Shown: positions 29,948 through 40,427, counted from the first letter of the stretch. The stretch is 64,000 nt of DNA from Candidatus Omnitrophota bacterium (GCA_028870995.1 JAGWOI010000010.1:1775-65774); one strand, 5' to 3'. Numbers and translations: made by a program. The notes: a model not told the origin generated them from the sequence alone.

Positions 29948-30961
29948 TTGATTTCGATAGGTGTTATTGGTTGTGGACATTGGGGACCAAATCACATACG
30001 TGTCTTTTCCCAATTAGTGAATTCCCGTGTCTTGATGGTTGCGGACCTTGACGAAAAGCGTTTGTCCGCCATCAAGGCGCTTTTCCCTGATATCCAAACC
30101 GTCAAGGACTATAACGATATTCTCAAGAATCCGGCCATTGATGCTGTAGTCGTGGCTGTGCCGACGAACTTTCATTTTAAAATTACCCTGGAGGCATTGC
30201 AGGCCGGCAAACACGTGCTTTGCGAGAAACCCCTGGCCATGCGTCCCGAAGAATGCCTCCAATTGGGGGAGGCGTCTAGACAAGCCGGCAAGGCGCTGAT
30301 GGTGGGACATATTTTTGTCTTCAACCAGGGTATTGCCAAGCTGCGCGATTATATTGTGTCCGGTGAATTAGGCAAGGTCCATTACGCGCACTCCCAGCGC
30401 ACCAACCTGGGGCCTTTCCGTTATGACGTCAATGCCCTTTGGGACCTGGCCCCGCACGATATTTCCATTTTTAATTATATTTTTAACAGCGCTCCGGTGT
30501 CGGTTTCCGCCCGGGGCCATAAATGCCTGGGCGGCAATTTGGACGACCTGGGCTTCGCCACGCTTGATTATCCGGACAATATCATGGTCAGCGTGCATGT
30601 CAGCTGGCTGGACCCCAAAAAAGTGCGCCAGATCACGGTCGTGGGGAACCAAAAGATGGCCGCCTGGGACGATCTGGATGTTGAAGGTCCTATTAAGCTT
30701 TACGACAAGCACGTGGAAAAGACGTCCGTGTACTACGAAACCTATGGGGAATTCCAGCTGCTTTCCCGGGAGGGCAGCATCACCATCCCCAAGATCGGTT
30801 TTAACGAACCCTTGAAAGCCCAGGCCCAGTATTTCCTGCAGTGCATTGAAAAGAACCAGCCGCCGGTGATCGCTGATGCCGGCAAGGCCGCGGACGTGGT
30901 GCGTACCTTGGCAGCCATCGGCGAATCCATCAACCGCCGTGGAGAACTGATCAAATTATGA
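29948..30961 (+). CDS. Gfo/Idh/MocA oxidoreductase (WbpB-like sugar dehydrogenase)
   Basis: GVIGCGHWG; KHVLCEKP; MVGH; DLAPHD; TTG start after GGGAGG. Confidence 0.92.
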   Translation: MISIGVIGCGHWGPNHIRVFSQLVNSRVLMVADLDEKRLSAIKALFPDIQTVKDYNDILKNPAIDAVVVAVPTNFHFKITLEALQAGKHVLCEKPLAMRPEECLQLGEASRQAGKALMVGHIFVFNQGIAKLRDYIVSGELGKVHYAHSQRTNLGPFRYDVNALWDLAPHDISIFNYIFNSAPVSVSARGHKCLGGNLDDLGFATLDYPDNIMVSVHVSWLDPKKVRQITVVGNQKMAAWDDLDVEGPIKLYDKHVEKTSVYYETYGEFQLLSREGSITIPKIGFNEPLKAQAQYFLQCIEKNQPPVIADAGKAADVVRTLAAIGESINRRGELIKL

Positions 30962-31512
30962 GTTTTTTTAAACATGAACGGGCCATGGTACACCCGGGGG
31001 CCAAAATCGGCGAAGGCACCCGCATCTGGGCCAACGCCAATGTCATGGAAGAAGCCGTCATCGGCAGCCATTGCAACGTGGGCGACGGCTGTTACATTGA
31101 AAAAGGCGCTGTCATCGGCAGCCATGTGACCGTCAAGAACGGGGTGGCGGTCTTCGATGGTGTTACCATCGAAGACGATGCCTTTATCTCATTCGGGGTC
31201 GCCTTCATCAATGACCGCAATCCCCGCAGCCACCGGGCTGATGCTTGGGAATTGGAAAAAACCCTGGTCCAAAAGGGGGCTACCATCGGTGCTAATGCCA
31301 CCGTGATGTGCGGGATCACCATCGGGGCCTATGCCGTGGTCGGCGCCGGCAGTGTCGTGGTCAAGGATGTCCCTGCTTATACAATCGTGGTGGGCAATCC
31401 GGCGCGCCGGGCAGGCTATGCCTGCCGTTGCGGCCGGCGCTTGAACGACCAATTAAAATGCGCTTGCGGTGCTTCCTACCAACTTAGCCATAACCAGGTC
31501 ATTCCCATATGA
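30958..31512 (+). CDS. Hexapeptide N-acetyltransferase (WbpD-like)
   Basis: Left-handed beta-helix repeats; F.ND..PRS; GATIGANAT; VGNPAR; C-terminal CRCG..CACG. Confidence 0.9.
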   Translation: MSFFKHERAMVHPGAKIGEGTRIWANANVMEEAVIGSHCNVGDGCYIEKGAVIGSHVTVKNGVAVFDGVTIEDDAFISFGVAFINDRNPRSHRADAWELEKTLVQKGATIGANATVMCGITIGAYAVVGAGSVVVKDVPAYTIVVGNPARRAGYACRCGRRLNDQLKCACGASYQLSHNQVIPI

Positions 31513-32246
31513 CCCCTAAGATTTTAGTGGTACCGGTGGCTTTCAATGAGAAGATCAAATTGGGCAATGTCATCGAACGCTTTCTTCGTAGCAAGATGCC
31601 GTCTCTGGCAGCTTATTTGATCGTTGATGACGGCTCTGACGACGGCACCACGGAAATGATCGCTTCCTATAAGGAGCGCGGCGTGGCGAGCATCAAACAC
31701 CCTCAGCGCCGGGGTGTCGGGGCCGCCATCCGTACCGGCATCGAATACGCCAGGGGGCAGGGCTACGATATCATCGTGATCATGGCCGGCAATGATAAGG
31801 ATAATCCCGAAGAGATCCTCCAATTGCTCGAGCCCATTGTCAAGGAGGGCTATGACCTGGTGCAGGGTTCCCGGTATTTGGGCAAGGTGGGGTCCGGAGG
31901 GCAGATGCCTTTTTACCGCAAATTCGCCACCCGCCTTCACCCGTGGGTGTTTTCGCTTTTTACCGGCCGGCGCCTGACCGATACCACCAATGGGTTCAGG
32001 GCGATCCGCTTGAAGATCTTTGAGGACAAGCGCATCAATCTCAACCAGGAATGGCTGGACACCTACGAGCTTGAACCTTATATATTATGGAAGGCGATCA
32101 CCTTGGGGTATAGGTTCAAGGAGGTTTTTGTTACCAAGATCTATCCGCCCAAAAAAATGGGCGGGTACACCAAGATGGTCCCCATCATCAGTTGGTGGAG
32201 CATCTTGAAGCCGTTATTTTATCTGCGGTTAGGAATTAAAAAATGA
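31509..32246 (+). CDS. Glycosyltransferase family 2
   Basis: VDDGSDDGT; GVGAAIRTG; VQGSRY; TDTTNGFRA. Confidence 0.93.
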   Translation: MTPKILVVPVAFNEKIKLGNVIERFLRSKMPSLAAYLIVDDGSDDGTTEMIASYKERGVASIKHPQRRGVGAAIRTGIEYARGQGYDIIVIMAGNDKDNPEEILQLLEPIVKEGYDLVQGSRYLGKVGSGGQMPFYRKFATRLHPWVFSLFTGRRLTDTTNGFRAIRLKIFEDKRINLNQEWLDTYELEPYILWKAITLGYRFKEVFVTKIYPPKKMGGYTKMVPIISWWSILKPLFYLRLGIKK

Positions 32247-32974
32247 AATTATACGGTAAAAACCCTGTCATCGAAAGGCTCAAGTCCAATCCGAAGTCCA
32301 TCCAACGGATCCTGATCGATGAGCATCATGCGGATTTGAGTTATATCCGCAAGAAATGCCATCAATGGGGGATCAGTGTGGCCACAGTACCGCATTCCAA
32401 GATCCAGCGCATGGCGCAGAACCTTAATACCCAAGGGATCCTGGCTGAGATCGGCGATTTTGTCTATGTCCCCATCGACGAACTGCTGCAGCAGGCTTTG
32501 GATAAAAAGCGCACGCCGGTTTTCCTGGATAATTTAAACGACCCCCAGAATCTGGGCGGCATCATCCGCAGCTGCGGGGCGCTGGGCGACTTCGATATCG
32601 TCATCCCGACCACGGAATCCGTCGGTATTACGGAATCCGTGCTGAGGGTGGCCTGCGGCGGAGAGAATTATTTGAGTGTCGCCCGCGTGTCCAATTTGGG
32701 CCATGCTATCGAAAGGGCCAAGAAAATGGGGTTCTGGATCGTGGGCACCGTGGTTGAAGGTGCCGGCAGTTTGACATCAGCAGAACTGCAATTCCCTTTA
32801 GGGCTGGTCATGGGATCCGAGGAAAAAGGCGTCAGGGACATCATCCTTAAAAAACTGGACATGCAGGTGATGGTCCCCATGAAAAATCAACGCATGTCGC
32901 TTAATGTCGCCCACGCGACGTCCATGTTGTGCTATGAAATCATCCGCCAAAAAAAGCAGAAAAGTCTCATCTGA
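32243..32974 (+). CDS. rlmB: TrmH/SpoU RNA methyltransferase (RlmB-like)
   Basis: LYGKNPV; DPQNLGGIIRS; MGSEEKG; SLNVA. Confidence 0.9.
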   Translation: MKLYGKNPVIERLKSNPKSIQRILIDEHHADLSYIRKKCHQWGISVATVPHSKIQRMAQNLNTQGILAEIGDFVYVPIDELLQQALDKKRTPVFLDNLNDPQNLGGIIRSCGALGDFDIVIPTTESVGITESVLRVACGGENYLSVARVSNLGHAIERAKKMGFWIVGTVVEGAGSLTSAELQFPLGLVMGSEEKGVRDIILKKLDMQVMVPMKNQRMSLNVAHATSMLCYEIIRQKKQKSLI

Positions 32975-33542
32975 AACAGCTGCCCTCAATTTTTTTGCCG
33001 AAGCCGGCCTTTTAAAACGCGTCAAGCGCAGCGGCTGGTGGGTGGCCGGCATCGAAAATCCTGAGACCGTGGCCGAGCACTGTTTCCGCTGCGCGGTCAT
33101 CGGGTACTACATCGCGCATGGGGAAGGAGTTGATCCTTTCAAGGTGGTGACCATGACGCTTTTTAATGACATCCATGAAGCCCGCATTAATGACCTCCAT
33201 AAAATGGGCCACCATTACATCGAGTTCCGCCTGGCGGAACAGAAAGTGTTCGCCGACCAGATCGCGCACCTGGAAGATAAGGTCAAGGCCGCTTTGCAGG
33301 CCATGCGCCAGGATTATGACCGCCAGCTTTCCCGGGAAAGCATCGTGGCGCGGGACGCCGATATCCTGGAATGCCTGATCCAGGCCAAGGAATACGTGGA
33401 TAACGGTTATCCGGTGGCCAGGACATTTTTTAAACGCGCTCCCGATTATCTTAAAACCACGACCGCCAGGCAGTTATGGAAAAAAGCCATTTCCTGGGAC
33501 AGCCATGCCTGGTGGCAGAACGTGGTTAAATTTGAGCGATAA
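32934..33542 (+). CDS. HD domain phosphohydrolase (YfbR/HDDC2-like)
   Basis: LKRVKRSGW; ETVAEH; ND replaces HD; DADILE. Confidence 0.85.
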   Translation: MKSSAKKSRKVSSETAALNFFAEAGLLKRVKRSGWWVAGIENPETVAEHCFRCAVIGYYIAHGEGVDPFKVVTMTLFNDIHEARINDLHKMGHHYIEFRLAEQKVFADQIAHLEDKVKAALQAMRQDYDRQLSRESIVARDADILECLIQAKEYVDNGYPVARTFFKRAPDYLKTTTARQLWKKAISWDSHAWWQNVVKFER

Positions 33543-33593
33543 ATAAAATCTTATAGTTGCCACCCTTAAGGTTTAAGTGGTAGGATAATACCC

Positions 33594-33893
33594 ATGCGTC
33601 GCATAGGAATTGCTGCCAGCAAAATGTCCAAGGGCTCCTTGTTGGGCTACAATCTTTGCGTCATTTTGATTGCCTGCCTCTTCTCTCTTCTTGTCTTTCT
33701 TATCTGCGGGTTCGCCATTCTGCCCATCGTATTTTTGGTTTTTTTGGTCTTGCATGCGGTGAAGGTCACCGGTTTTCATACGGAATGGATCCATGTATTT
33801 AAGATATGTTTGTTGTTCTTAGGTGTTGTCACCGGCATCTTTACGGTCATTGCCATTGTCAAGAACCTCCAATTGACCAAAAATAAAACATGA
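33594..33893 (+). CDS. Small membrane protein
   Basis: Hydrophobic 99-aa ORF; ATGA overlap with the kinase; promoter upstream. Confidence 0.7.
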   Translation: MRRIGIAASKMSKGSLLGYNLCVILIACLFSLLVFLICGFAILPIVFLVFLVLHAVKVTGFHTEWIHVFKICLLFLGVVTGIFTVIAIVKNLQLTKNKT

Positions 33894-35872
33894 AAAAGTT
33901 CAAGGGCTTTAAAATTGAGGAGCAGCTGGAGCAGGACTTGATCGAGTCCAAGCAGTTGTTTAAGATCGTCTTTGAAAACTCTCCTTCCGCCATCACTGTC
34001 ACCGACAGTAAAGAACGCATCGTGGCCTGGAATTCCATGGCGGAAAAGATGCTGGGAATGAGCAGGGATGACCTGTTCAACAAGCCCGTCAGCATTTTAT
34101 ATCCCCCCAAGGAATGGAAGCGTTTCCGTTCCTTGAACATCCGCCATCATGGCATGCTTTCCAATATCGATACCAAGGTCATTTGCAAGGACGGCACGCT
34201 TTTGGACGTCAGCGCTTCCATTTCCGTTTTGAAGGACAGCCGCGGCAAGGTGGTCGGTTCCATCGGGATCTTAAATGACATTACACGCGAGAAACTGGCG
34301 GAACATCAGTTGCGCGAATCGGAGAACAAGTTGCGCATCATCCTGGATAACTCGGCCGCGGCCATCACCGTGACGGATGAAAAGGAACGGATCGTTTCCT
34401 GGAACAAGTTCGCCGAACAGCTTTTCGGCATGGATGTCAAGGAGCTGCTGTTGAGGCCGGTCAACACCTTGTACCCGCCGGAAGAATGGAAGGCCATTCG
34501 CTCGCTTAATATCCGCCAGAGCGGCTTTAAACATCATTTGGAAACCAGGGCCATCCGCAAGGACGGTTCCATCATCGACGTGGATTTGTCAGTCAATATC
34601 CTCAAGGACGAGCAGGGCAACATCGTCGGTTCCGTGGGGATGCTGCAGGACATCACCGAGCAAAAGCGCGCCAAGGAATTGATCGTGCAGGCCAAACTTG
34701 CGGCGGAAGAGGCCAATACCGCCAAGAGCATCTTTCTGGCCAAAATGTCTCATGAGGTCCGTACGCCCATGAACGCCATCATCGGCATGATCGACCTGAC
34801 CCTGGACACGCCCTTGAATGAGGAGCAGCAGGACAATTTAAAGGTGGCCAAGGATGCGGCGGATAATTTGTTGAGCCTTATCAATGATATCCTGGATCTC
34901 TCCCGTGCCCAGGCGGGCAAGGTGGTGATCGAGGATCTGGAAATCAACGTGCCCGACATCGTCAAGAATGTGTGCAAAGGCCTGATGGTCCTGGCGCGCA
35001 ACAAGGGCATCGATGTGGTCTGGACCATTGATCCCGCCATCCCCAGGATCCTGGTGGGAGATCCCGTAAGGCTCAGGCAGGTCCTGGTCAACCTCATCAA
35101 CAATGCCGTCAAATTCACCCATAAAGGCAAGGTGCAGGTCAATGTGAAGGTCAAAGCCCTGGGAGAAAAGGACTGCGAGCTGGCATTTGAGGTCATCGAT
35201 AACGGCATCGGTATTTCGCCCAAGAACCTTCCCCATATTTTTGATGTCTTTACCGACGCGCACAATGCCACGGCCCGCCGCTATGGCGGTACCGGCCTGG
35301 GACTGGCTATTTGCAAGAAGATCGTTGAGATGATGCGGGGACACATCGAAGTGGACAGCAAGGAAGGTGAAGGCAGCGCCTTCCGTTTTGATATTATTTT
35401 CGGATACAAGCCGGATGTGTTTGCCGGTGCGCCTGTCGAGCAGAAGCCTTCACAGGAGGCGGGGCCTGCGCTGCCTCCGGAATTGGTCAACTTGCGCATT
35501 TTATTGGCCGAGGACAACATGGTCAACCAGCGTATCGCCACCAAAATCCTGGAAAAACTGGGATGGAAGGTCACCGCCGTTGCCAATGGCCAGGAAGTGT
35601 TGAATGTGTTGAACAATCAAACCTTTGATGTCATCCTGATGGATGATAATATGCCTGTGCTGGGCGGGTTGGAAACGGTCCAGGTCATCCGCAGGGAAGA
35701 AAAACAAACGGGCCTGCATGTGCCCGTCATCGCCATGACGGCCAACGCCATGGCCGGGGACAGGGAACGGTATTTGGCGGGCGGGATGGACGGCTATGTC
35801 TCCAAGCCCATTGACCGCCAATTGCTTTATCAGGAAATTGTCAGTCTTGTGACCCAACGGTTGAAGAGTTAA
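33890..35872 (+). CDS. PAS-PAS hybrid histidine kinase
   Basis: Two tandem PAS/PAC repeats; SHEVRTPMN; GGTGLGL; REC (LAEDN..N, LMD, KP). Confidence 0.95.
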   Translation: MKKFKGFKIEEQLEQDLIESKQLFKIVFENSPSAITVTDSKERIVAWNSMAEKMLGMSRDDLFNKPVSILYPPKEWKRFRSLNIRHHGMLSNIDTKVICKDGTLLDVSASISVLKDSRGKVVGSIGILNDITREKLAEHQLRESENKLRIILDNSAAAITVTDEKERIVSWNKFAEQLFGMDVKELLLRPVNTLYPPEEWKAIRSLNIRQSGFKHHLETRAIRKDGSIIDVDLSVNILKDEQGNIVGSVGMLQDITEQKRAKELIVQAKLAAEEANTAKSIFLAKMSHEVRTPMNAIIGMIDLTLDTPLNEEQQDNLKVAKDAADNLLSLINDILDLSRAQAGKVVIEDLEINVPDIVKNVCKGLMVLARNKGIDVVWTIDPAIPRILVGDPVRLRQVLVNLINNAVKFTHKGKVQVNVKVKALGEKDCELAFEVIDNGIGISPKNLPHIFDVFTDAHNATARRYGGTGLGLAICKKIVEMMRGHIEVDSKEGEGSAFRFDIIFGYKPDVFAGAPVEQKPSQEAGPALPPELVNLRILLAEDNMVNQRIATKILEKLGWKVTAVANGQEVLNVLNNQTFDVILMDDNMPVLGGLETVQVIRREEKQTGLHVPVIAMTANAMAGDRERYLAGGMDGYVSKPIDRQLLYQEIVSLVTQRLKS

Positions 35873-35898
35873 GAAAGCTATTAAAGAGAAAGGCAGCC

Positions 35899-36252
35899 AT
35901 GAGCACAGAAATCATCGATTTAAAAGACGTATTGGAACGCGTTCAAGACGACAAGGAATTGCTTAATGAACTGCTTGATATTTATATAGAAGATTTTGCC
36001 ATTAAACGCAAAGGCCTGGATGAAGCCATCGCCGCCGGGGACGCCGTGCGCATCAGGGAAATCGCCCACTCGATGAAGGGCGCTTCCGGCAACATTTCCG
36101 CCAAGCTCATGTATACCGCCTGCCTTAAATTGGAGACCATGGCCAAGGAAGGCAAGACCGACGGCATGCAGGAAATAGCGTCATCCCTCGACGGGTATTT
36201 TGAGGAGATCAAGATCTTTGCCGCCCGTTTTAAAAAAGAACTGGCAGGCTAG
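35899..36252 (+). CDS. Hpt phosphotransfer protein
   Basis: AHSMKGASGNI. Confidence 0.92.
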   Translation: MSTEIIDLKDVLERVQDDKELLNELLDIYIEDFAIKRKGLDEAIAAGDAVRIREIAHSMKGASGNISAKLMYTACLKLETMAKEGKTDGMQEIASSLDGYFEEIKIFAARFKKELAG

Positions 36253-36263
36253 AGAGCCGACCG

Positions 36264-37658
36264 ATGAGCCCCGCCGGCCGTTTTTTGGCGCTGGTTTTGC
36301 TGGGATTAGCGGCCTTTTTTAATGCCCTGGGCAATCCCTTTGTCCACGATGATGTTGTCTTTATCCTCAAGAATCCCCACATCACAGATTTAAACCATTG
36401 GTGGCAGGCCTTCCAGGTGTCCACGGCGGCCGGAGGGCTTAACACGTATTACCGTCCGCTCCTGGAGATCTTTTATCGCCTGGAATACCGCCTTTTCGGC
36501 CCCCATCCTTTTGGTTTTCACCTGGTCAATGTCATCATCCATATCATCAACGGGCTGTTGCTTTTGGCCTTATTGGAAAGACTGGGCCTCAAGAAGCCGG
36601 TGGCCTGGGTTGTGGCCGCTCTTTTCCTCGTTCATCCGGTGCAGACCGAAGCGGTCGACTGCATTGCCGGGATCTCCAATCTTTGGATGGCCCTGGGTGT
36701 TTTAGGCGCCCTGCATGCTTATTTAGAAAGACGGCATGTTCTCGCCTTGCTTTGTTTTGTGGCCGCCTGCCTGGGAAAGGAACAGGCCTTGATGTTCATC
36801 CCCCTGGCCGTCGCCATCGATTGTTACCGGGGGCAAAGGAATGTTGTTGCCTGGTTTTTTTATACAGCGGCGGCCGTTGTTTTGCTGGCCTTGAGGCACA
36901 TGGTGACTGGCGCCTCGCTGCTGAAGGCTGTCATGGCATCGCCGGGTGAGTTTGGTTTAAGGCTGGCGGCGATCGCCCGGGATATCCTTATGTATGTGCG
37001 GTTGATAGTCTTCCCTTATGACCTGCATTATTACCGCAATACGGACATCTTGCAGCCCGATCATCAGGCGTGGTGCCTGTTAGGGATAGCCGTATTGGTC
37101 ATTCTTTTTATCTACAGGCGTCGTCCGCAGGCGCGGGGGATATTGGTGCTGGGGCTGGGTTGGTTTACGGCAGCGCTTCTGCCGGTGTTGAACGTGGTCC
37201 CTCTGGTCAATGAATATTCCTTTATCCTTACACCGGAGCATTTTTTGTATTTACCCATGGCGGGCATCCTTATCCTTTTGGTGACGACGGTCGATCATTT
37301 TATGAAAGATTTCAAAAAATTTCTGACAGGCGTTGTCCTGGCAGGATGCCTGCTGCTGACATGGCACCAGAACACCTTTTGGTCCAGTGAAATCGCCCTG
37401 TTTGAACGGATGCTGACCTTTGAGCCTGATTTCGGCCGCGGACAATTGCTTTTGGCCAAGGCTTATTATTTTAACGGGCAGCCGCAGATGGCCCAGCCGC
37501 ATTTTCAAAAAGCTTTTGCCATCATGTCTGCGTATGCCCAAAAAACAACCAATGCCAATGCCAAAAGGTTCTACCTGCGTTATCTCAACGAGATTGCCTA
37601 CTATTGGTCCAAAAACCAATGCTTGATGGGAAAAGGCAGATGTGATAGAAAGGTCTGA
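36264..37658 (+). CDS. TMTC-like GT-C glycosyltransferase with short TPR tail
   Basis: FVHDD; YYRPL; FHLVN..IH; HPVQTEAV; KE; E.FLYLP. Confidence 0.82.
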   Translation: MSPAGRFLALVLLGLAAFFNALGNPFVHDDVVFILKNPHITDLNHWWQAFQVSTAAGGLNTYYRPLLEIFYRLEYRLFGPHPFGFHLVNVIIHIINGLLLLALLERLGLKKPVAWVVAALFLVHPVQTEAVDCIAGISNLWMALGVLGALHAYLERRHVLALLCFVAACLGKEQALMFIPLAVAIDCYRGQRNVVAWFFYTAAAVVLLALRHMVTGASLLKAVMASPGEFGLRLAAIARDILMYVRLIVFPYDLHYYRNTDILQPDHQAWCLLGIAVLVILFIYRRRPQARGILVLGLGWFTAALLPVLNVVPLVNEYSFILTPEHFLYLPMAGILILLVTTVDHFMKDFKKFLTGVVLAGCLLLTWHQNTFWSSEIALFERMLTFEPDFGRGQLLLAKAYYFNGQPQMAQPHFQKAFAIMSAYAQKTTNANAKRFYLRYLNEIAYYWSKNQCLMGKGRCDRKV

Positions 37659-37659
37659 T

Positions 37660-38346
37660 ATGTTCTGGATCATTATCTTGTGTTTTGGGGTGTTGGTCGC
37701 CTTAGGTGTAGCCGTTTATCTGCTGCCTGCCGACCCCGCCGTCAAAACCAAAAAGAAGAAGGAAAAGAAAGCGGCTGCGGCGGCCGCTCCGGCAGCCGCT
37801 GATACCAAGGACTGGAAATCTGCGGCGGAACGCTGGCAGGGGCAGAACCAGGCCCTTCGGGGCGAGATCGAGAAAATGAAAATGGACCAGCGGCGCGCCC
37901 AGCAAGCGGCTGACGAACAAAAAACTCAAGTGAAAGAATTGACCGAGAAACTGGCGCTTGAAAAAAGCTGGCGCGAAAAAGAGCAGGCCGCCATGGAGAG
38001 GTCCAAGCAGCATGAAAAAGGCTTAAAAGAGCAGGTGTCCCGGACCGAGGGTGACCTGGAGAAGGAGCGTTCGCACCGTTCGCGGCTGGAAAGGGAGCTG
38101 CAGGAACTAAGGATCAAGTACGATCAAATCATCGACGAGAAACGCCAGCTTTCCATTAAGGCCGGCAGCCAGCAGGCCACTCTGGAATCCAATGCCAGGG
38201 AAATCCGGGCCTTAAAGGACGAGTGTGTCCAACTGAAAGAAAGACGGGAAGACGTCCAATGGGTGGCCAAAAGCGAAGTCGATGAATTAAAAAAGGCCCT
38301 TGCCGCCAAAGAGCAGGAGCTGGCCCGCCTAAAAACAACCTCATGA
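37660..38346 (+). CDS. Membrane-anchored coiled-coil protein
   Basis: N-terminal TM followed by a long E/K/Q/R-rich heptad region. Confidence 0.75.
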   Translation: MFWIIILCFGVLVALGVAVYLLPADPAVKTKKKKEKKAAAAAAPAAADTKDWKSAAERWQGQNQALRGEIEKMKMDQRRAQQAADEQKTQVKELTEKLALEKSWREKEQAAMERSKQHEKGLKEQVSRTEGDLEKERSHRSRLERELQELRIKYDQIIDEKRQLSIKAGSQQATLESNAREIRALKDECVQLKERREDVQWVAKSEVDELKKALAAKEQELARLKTTS

Positions 38347-39509
38347 ATAAATTCCCTTTTGCCGGACGGACCGATTGGTCCCAGGAGATCAACGCCCTGA
38401 ATAAAAAGCTCGAAGAACTCCAGGCTGCCCGCACGGCCGTCATGGATCTGACCGCCTCAAATCCAACCAGCTGCGGCTTTGTTTATCCGCGGGGGCTGCT
38501 GGAACCTTTAAGCTCTACCGAAAACTTTAATTACCAGCCCGACTCTTGCGGCCTTCTCCAGGCGCGCCAGGCCGTGAGCCGGTATTATGCCCCGCAGGCT
38601 TCCCTGCCGCCCGGCCAGATCATCCTGACAGCCAGCACCTCGGAAGCGTATTCATTTTTAATGCGGCTTCTGGTAAATCCCGGGGAAAAGGTCTTGATCC
38701 CCAGGCCCAGTTATCCTTTATTCCAGTTCCTGCTGGAGATCAACGATGTCCGTTTTGATCATTATCCGCTGGTGTATGACGGGCGCTGGCGGATGGACAT
38801 GGATGCCCTGGAAGGTCTAGTGGACAGCCATACCCGTGCCGTTATTTTGGTCAATCCCAACAACCCCACCGGTTCCTATATCAGCCGCGCCGAGTTAAAT
38901 ACCTTGAACAAGATTTGCCGTAAGCATCAATTGAGCATTATTTCCGACGAGGTTTTCTTTGAATACGCTTTTGAGGCGGCAGACGCGGCCGGCTGTGCGG
39001 GTAACCGGGAGGTGTTGACCTTTGTTTTGGGCGGGCTTTCCAAATCCTTAGGGCTGCCGCAAATGAAGTGCTCGTGGATTTTGGGTTCAGGGCCGCAGGA
39101 CCAGTTACAGCAGGCTCTCAGCCGTCTGGAAACCATTGCCGACACCTTCCTTTCCGTCAATACGCCGGTCCAAAATGCCTTGAGCGCCTGGTTGACCCAT
39201 GCTCCTGGCGTTCAGCAGCAGATTATTGCCAGGGTCAAAGAGAATCTCCAATGGCTGGCCGCCCATAAAGAGAAACATACCGAAATCCTTTCCCTGCAGG
39301 GGGGATGGTACGCCACCTTGCGTGTTCCCGCCGTCAAACCGGAAGAAGAGCTGGTATTGGAGCTTCTGGCCAAAGACCACGTGCTGGTCTATCCGGGATA
39401 TTTTTTTGATTTTTCGGGCGGGACGTATATTATCCTGAGTTTATTGCCTTCCCCGGAGGTCTTTCAAGAAGCCGCCGGCCGCATCCTACACCGGCTTCGT
39501 ACGTTCTAG
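38343..39509 (+). CDS. PLP-dependent aminotransferase class I/II
   Basis: VNPNNPTG; ISDEVF; GLSKSLGLP. Confidence 0.92.
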   Translation: MNKFPFAGRTDWSQEINALNKKLEELQAARTAVMDLTASNPTSCGFVYPRGLLEPLSSTENFNYQPDSCGLLQARQAVSRYYAPQASLPPGQIILTASTSEAYSFLMRLLVNPGEKVLIPRPSYPLFQFLLEINDVRFDHYPLVYDGRWRMDMDALEGLVDSHTRAVILVNPNNPTGSYISRAELNTLNKICRKHQLSIISDEVFFEYAFEAADAAGCAGNREVLTFVLGGLSKSLGLPQMKCSWILGSGPQDQLQQALSRLETIADTFLSVNTPVQNALSAWLTHAPGVQQQIIARVKENLQWLAAHKEKHTEILSLQGGWYATLRVPAVKPEEELVLELLAKDHVLVYPGYFFDFSGGTYIILSLLPSPEVFQEAAGRILHRLRTF

Positions 39510-39558
39510 AAAGCCGAAAAACTTTTACAAAGACACGAAGAATTTGTTAAGATAAGCC

Positions 39559-40032
39559 ATGCCTAAGAGACCTGATTGGGATGAGTATTTTATGAAATTG
39601 GCGATGCTGGCTTCCGAGCGGGCCACCTGCCCGCGCATGCATTGCGGGGCCGTGCTCGTCAAAAATAAGAATGTCATCGCCACAGGCTATAACGGCTCCA
39701 TTCCCGGTGACGCCCATTGCGAGGATGCCGGCTGCTTGCTGGTGGACAACCATTGCGTCCGCACGGTCCACGCGGAGATGAACGCGATCGTCCAGGCCGC
39801 CAGGCGCGGCCACGCGGTGGAAGGAGCCACGGCCTACGTCACCAACATGCCTTGCACCACCTGCGCCAAGTCCTTGATAACCGCCGGCGTCCAACGGGTG
39901 GTTGTTTTTTCAGACTATCATGACACCATGGCGGTTGATTTCTTTGCCAAGGCCAAGGTCGTCATTGACCGCATCACCATGCCGGAGAAGTCGATCCATT
40001 ACGATCTGAAAAGCTATTCGTCCGCCAGATGA
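39559..40032 (+). CDS. dCMP deaminase (ComEB-like)
   Basis: RPDWDEYF; TGYNG; HAEMNA; PCTTC. Confidence 0.93.
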   Translation: MPKRPDWDEYFMKLAMLASERATCPRMHCGAVLVKNKNVIATGYNGSIPGDAHCEDAGCLLVDNHCVRTVHAEMNAIVQAARRGHAVEGATAYVTNMPCTTCAKSLITAGVQRVVVFSDYHDTMAVDFFAKAKVVIDRITMPEKSIHYDLKSYSSAR

Positions 40033-40427
40033 GCGCTCCCGTGATTAAAATTTTGATCGCTGATGATGAAGAGGCGGTCATCGAGATCCTGGCGCGTAAA
40101 ATTTCGGCCCAGGGCTATCATGTTATTACGGCCAAGGACGGCCAGGAGGCCTGGGACAAAATCAACAGTGAGATGCCCGATGTGATCGTCCTGGATCTGA
40201 CCATGCCTAAAATGGACGGGTGGGCGGTCTTAAGCCGGTTACGCCAGAATCCGCCGCTCAAGCGGTGGCAACCCGTGATCATCGTCTCAGCCCAGGCTGA
40301 ATTTGAAAATTACAGGAAGGGTTTCGACCTGCAGGCCGACCATTACTTGGCCAAACCTTGCCAGACCGAAGATATATTAAAATCCATTCGCCTGATGCTG
40401 TCCCTTGTTCCGCAACGTAATGTCTAA
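40029..40427 (+). CDS. Stand-alone response regulator
   Basis: IADDE; LDLTMPKMDG; KP. Confidence 0.9.
   Translation: MSAPVIKILIADDEEAVIEILARKISAQGYHVITAKDGQEAWDKINSEMPDVIVLDLTMPKMDGWAVLSRLRQNPPLKRWQPVIIVSAQAEFENYRKGFDLQADHYLAKPCQTEDILKSIRLMLSLVPQRNV

Noticed and set aside
33950-34680. Internal DNA-level repeat in the hybrid kinase
   Set aside because: Ordinary tandem PAS/PAC domain duplication.
37740-37810. Low-complexity Lys/Ala tract
   Set aside because: Linker after a TM anchor; in frame, with no evidence of a contingency locus.
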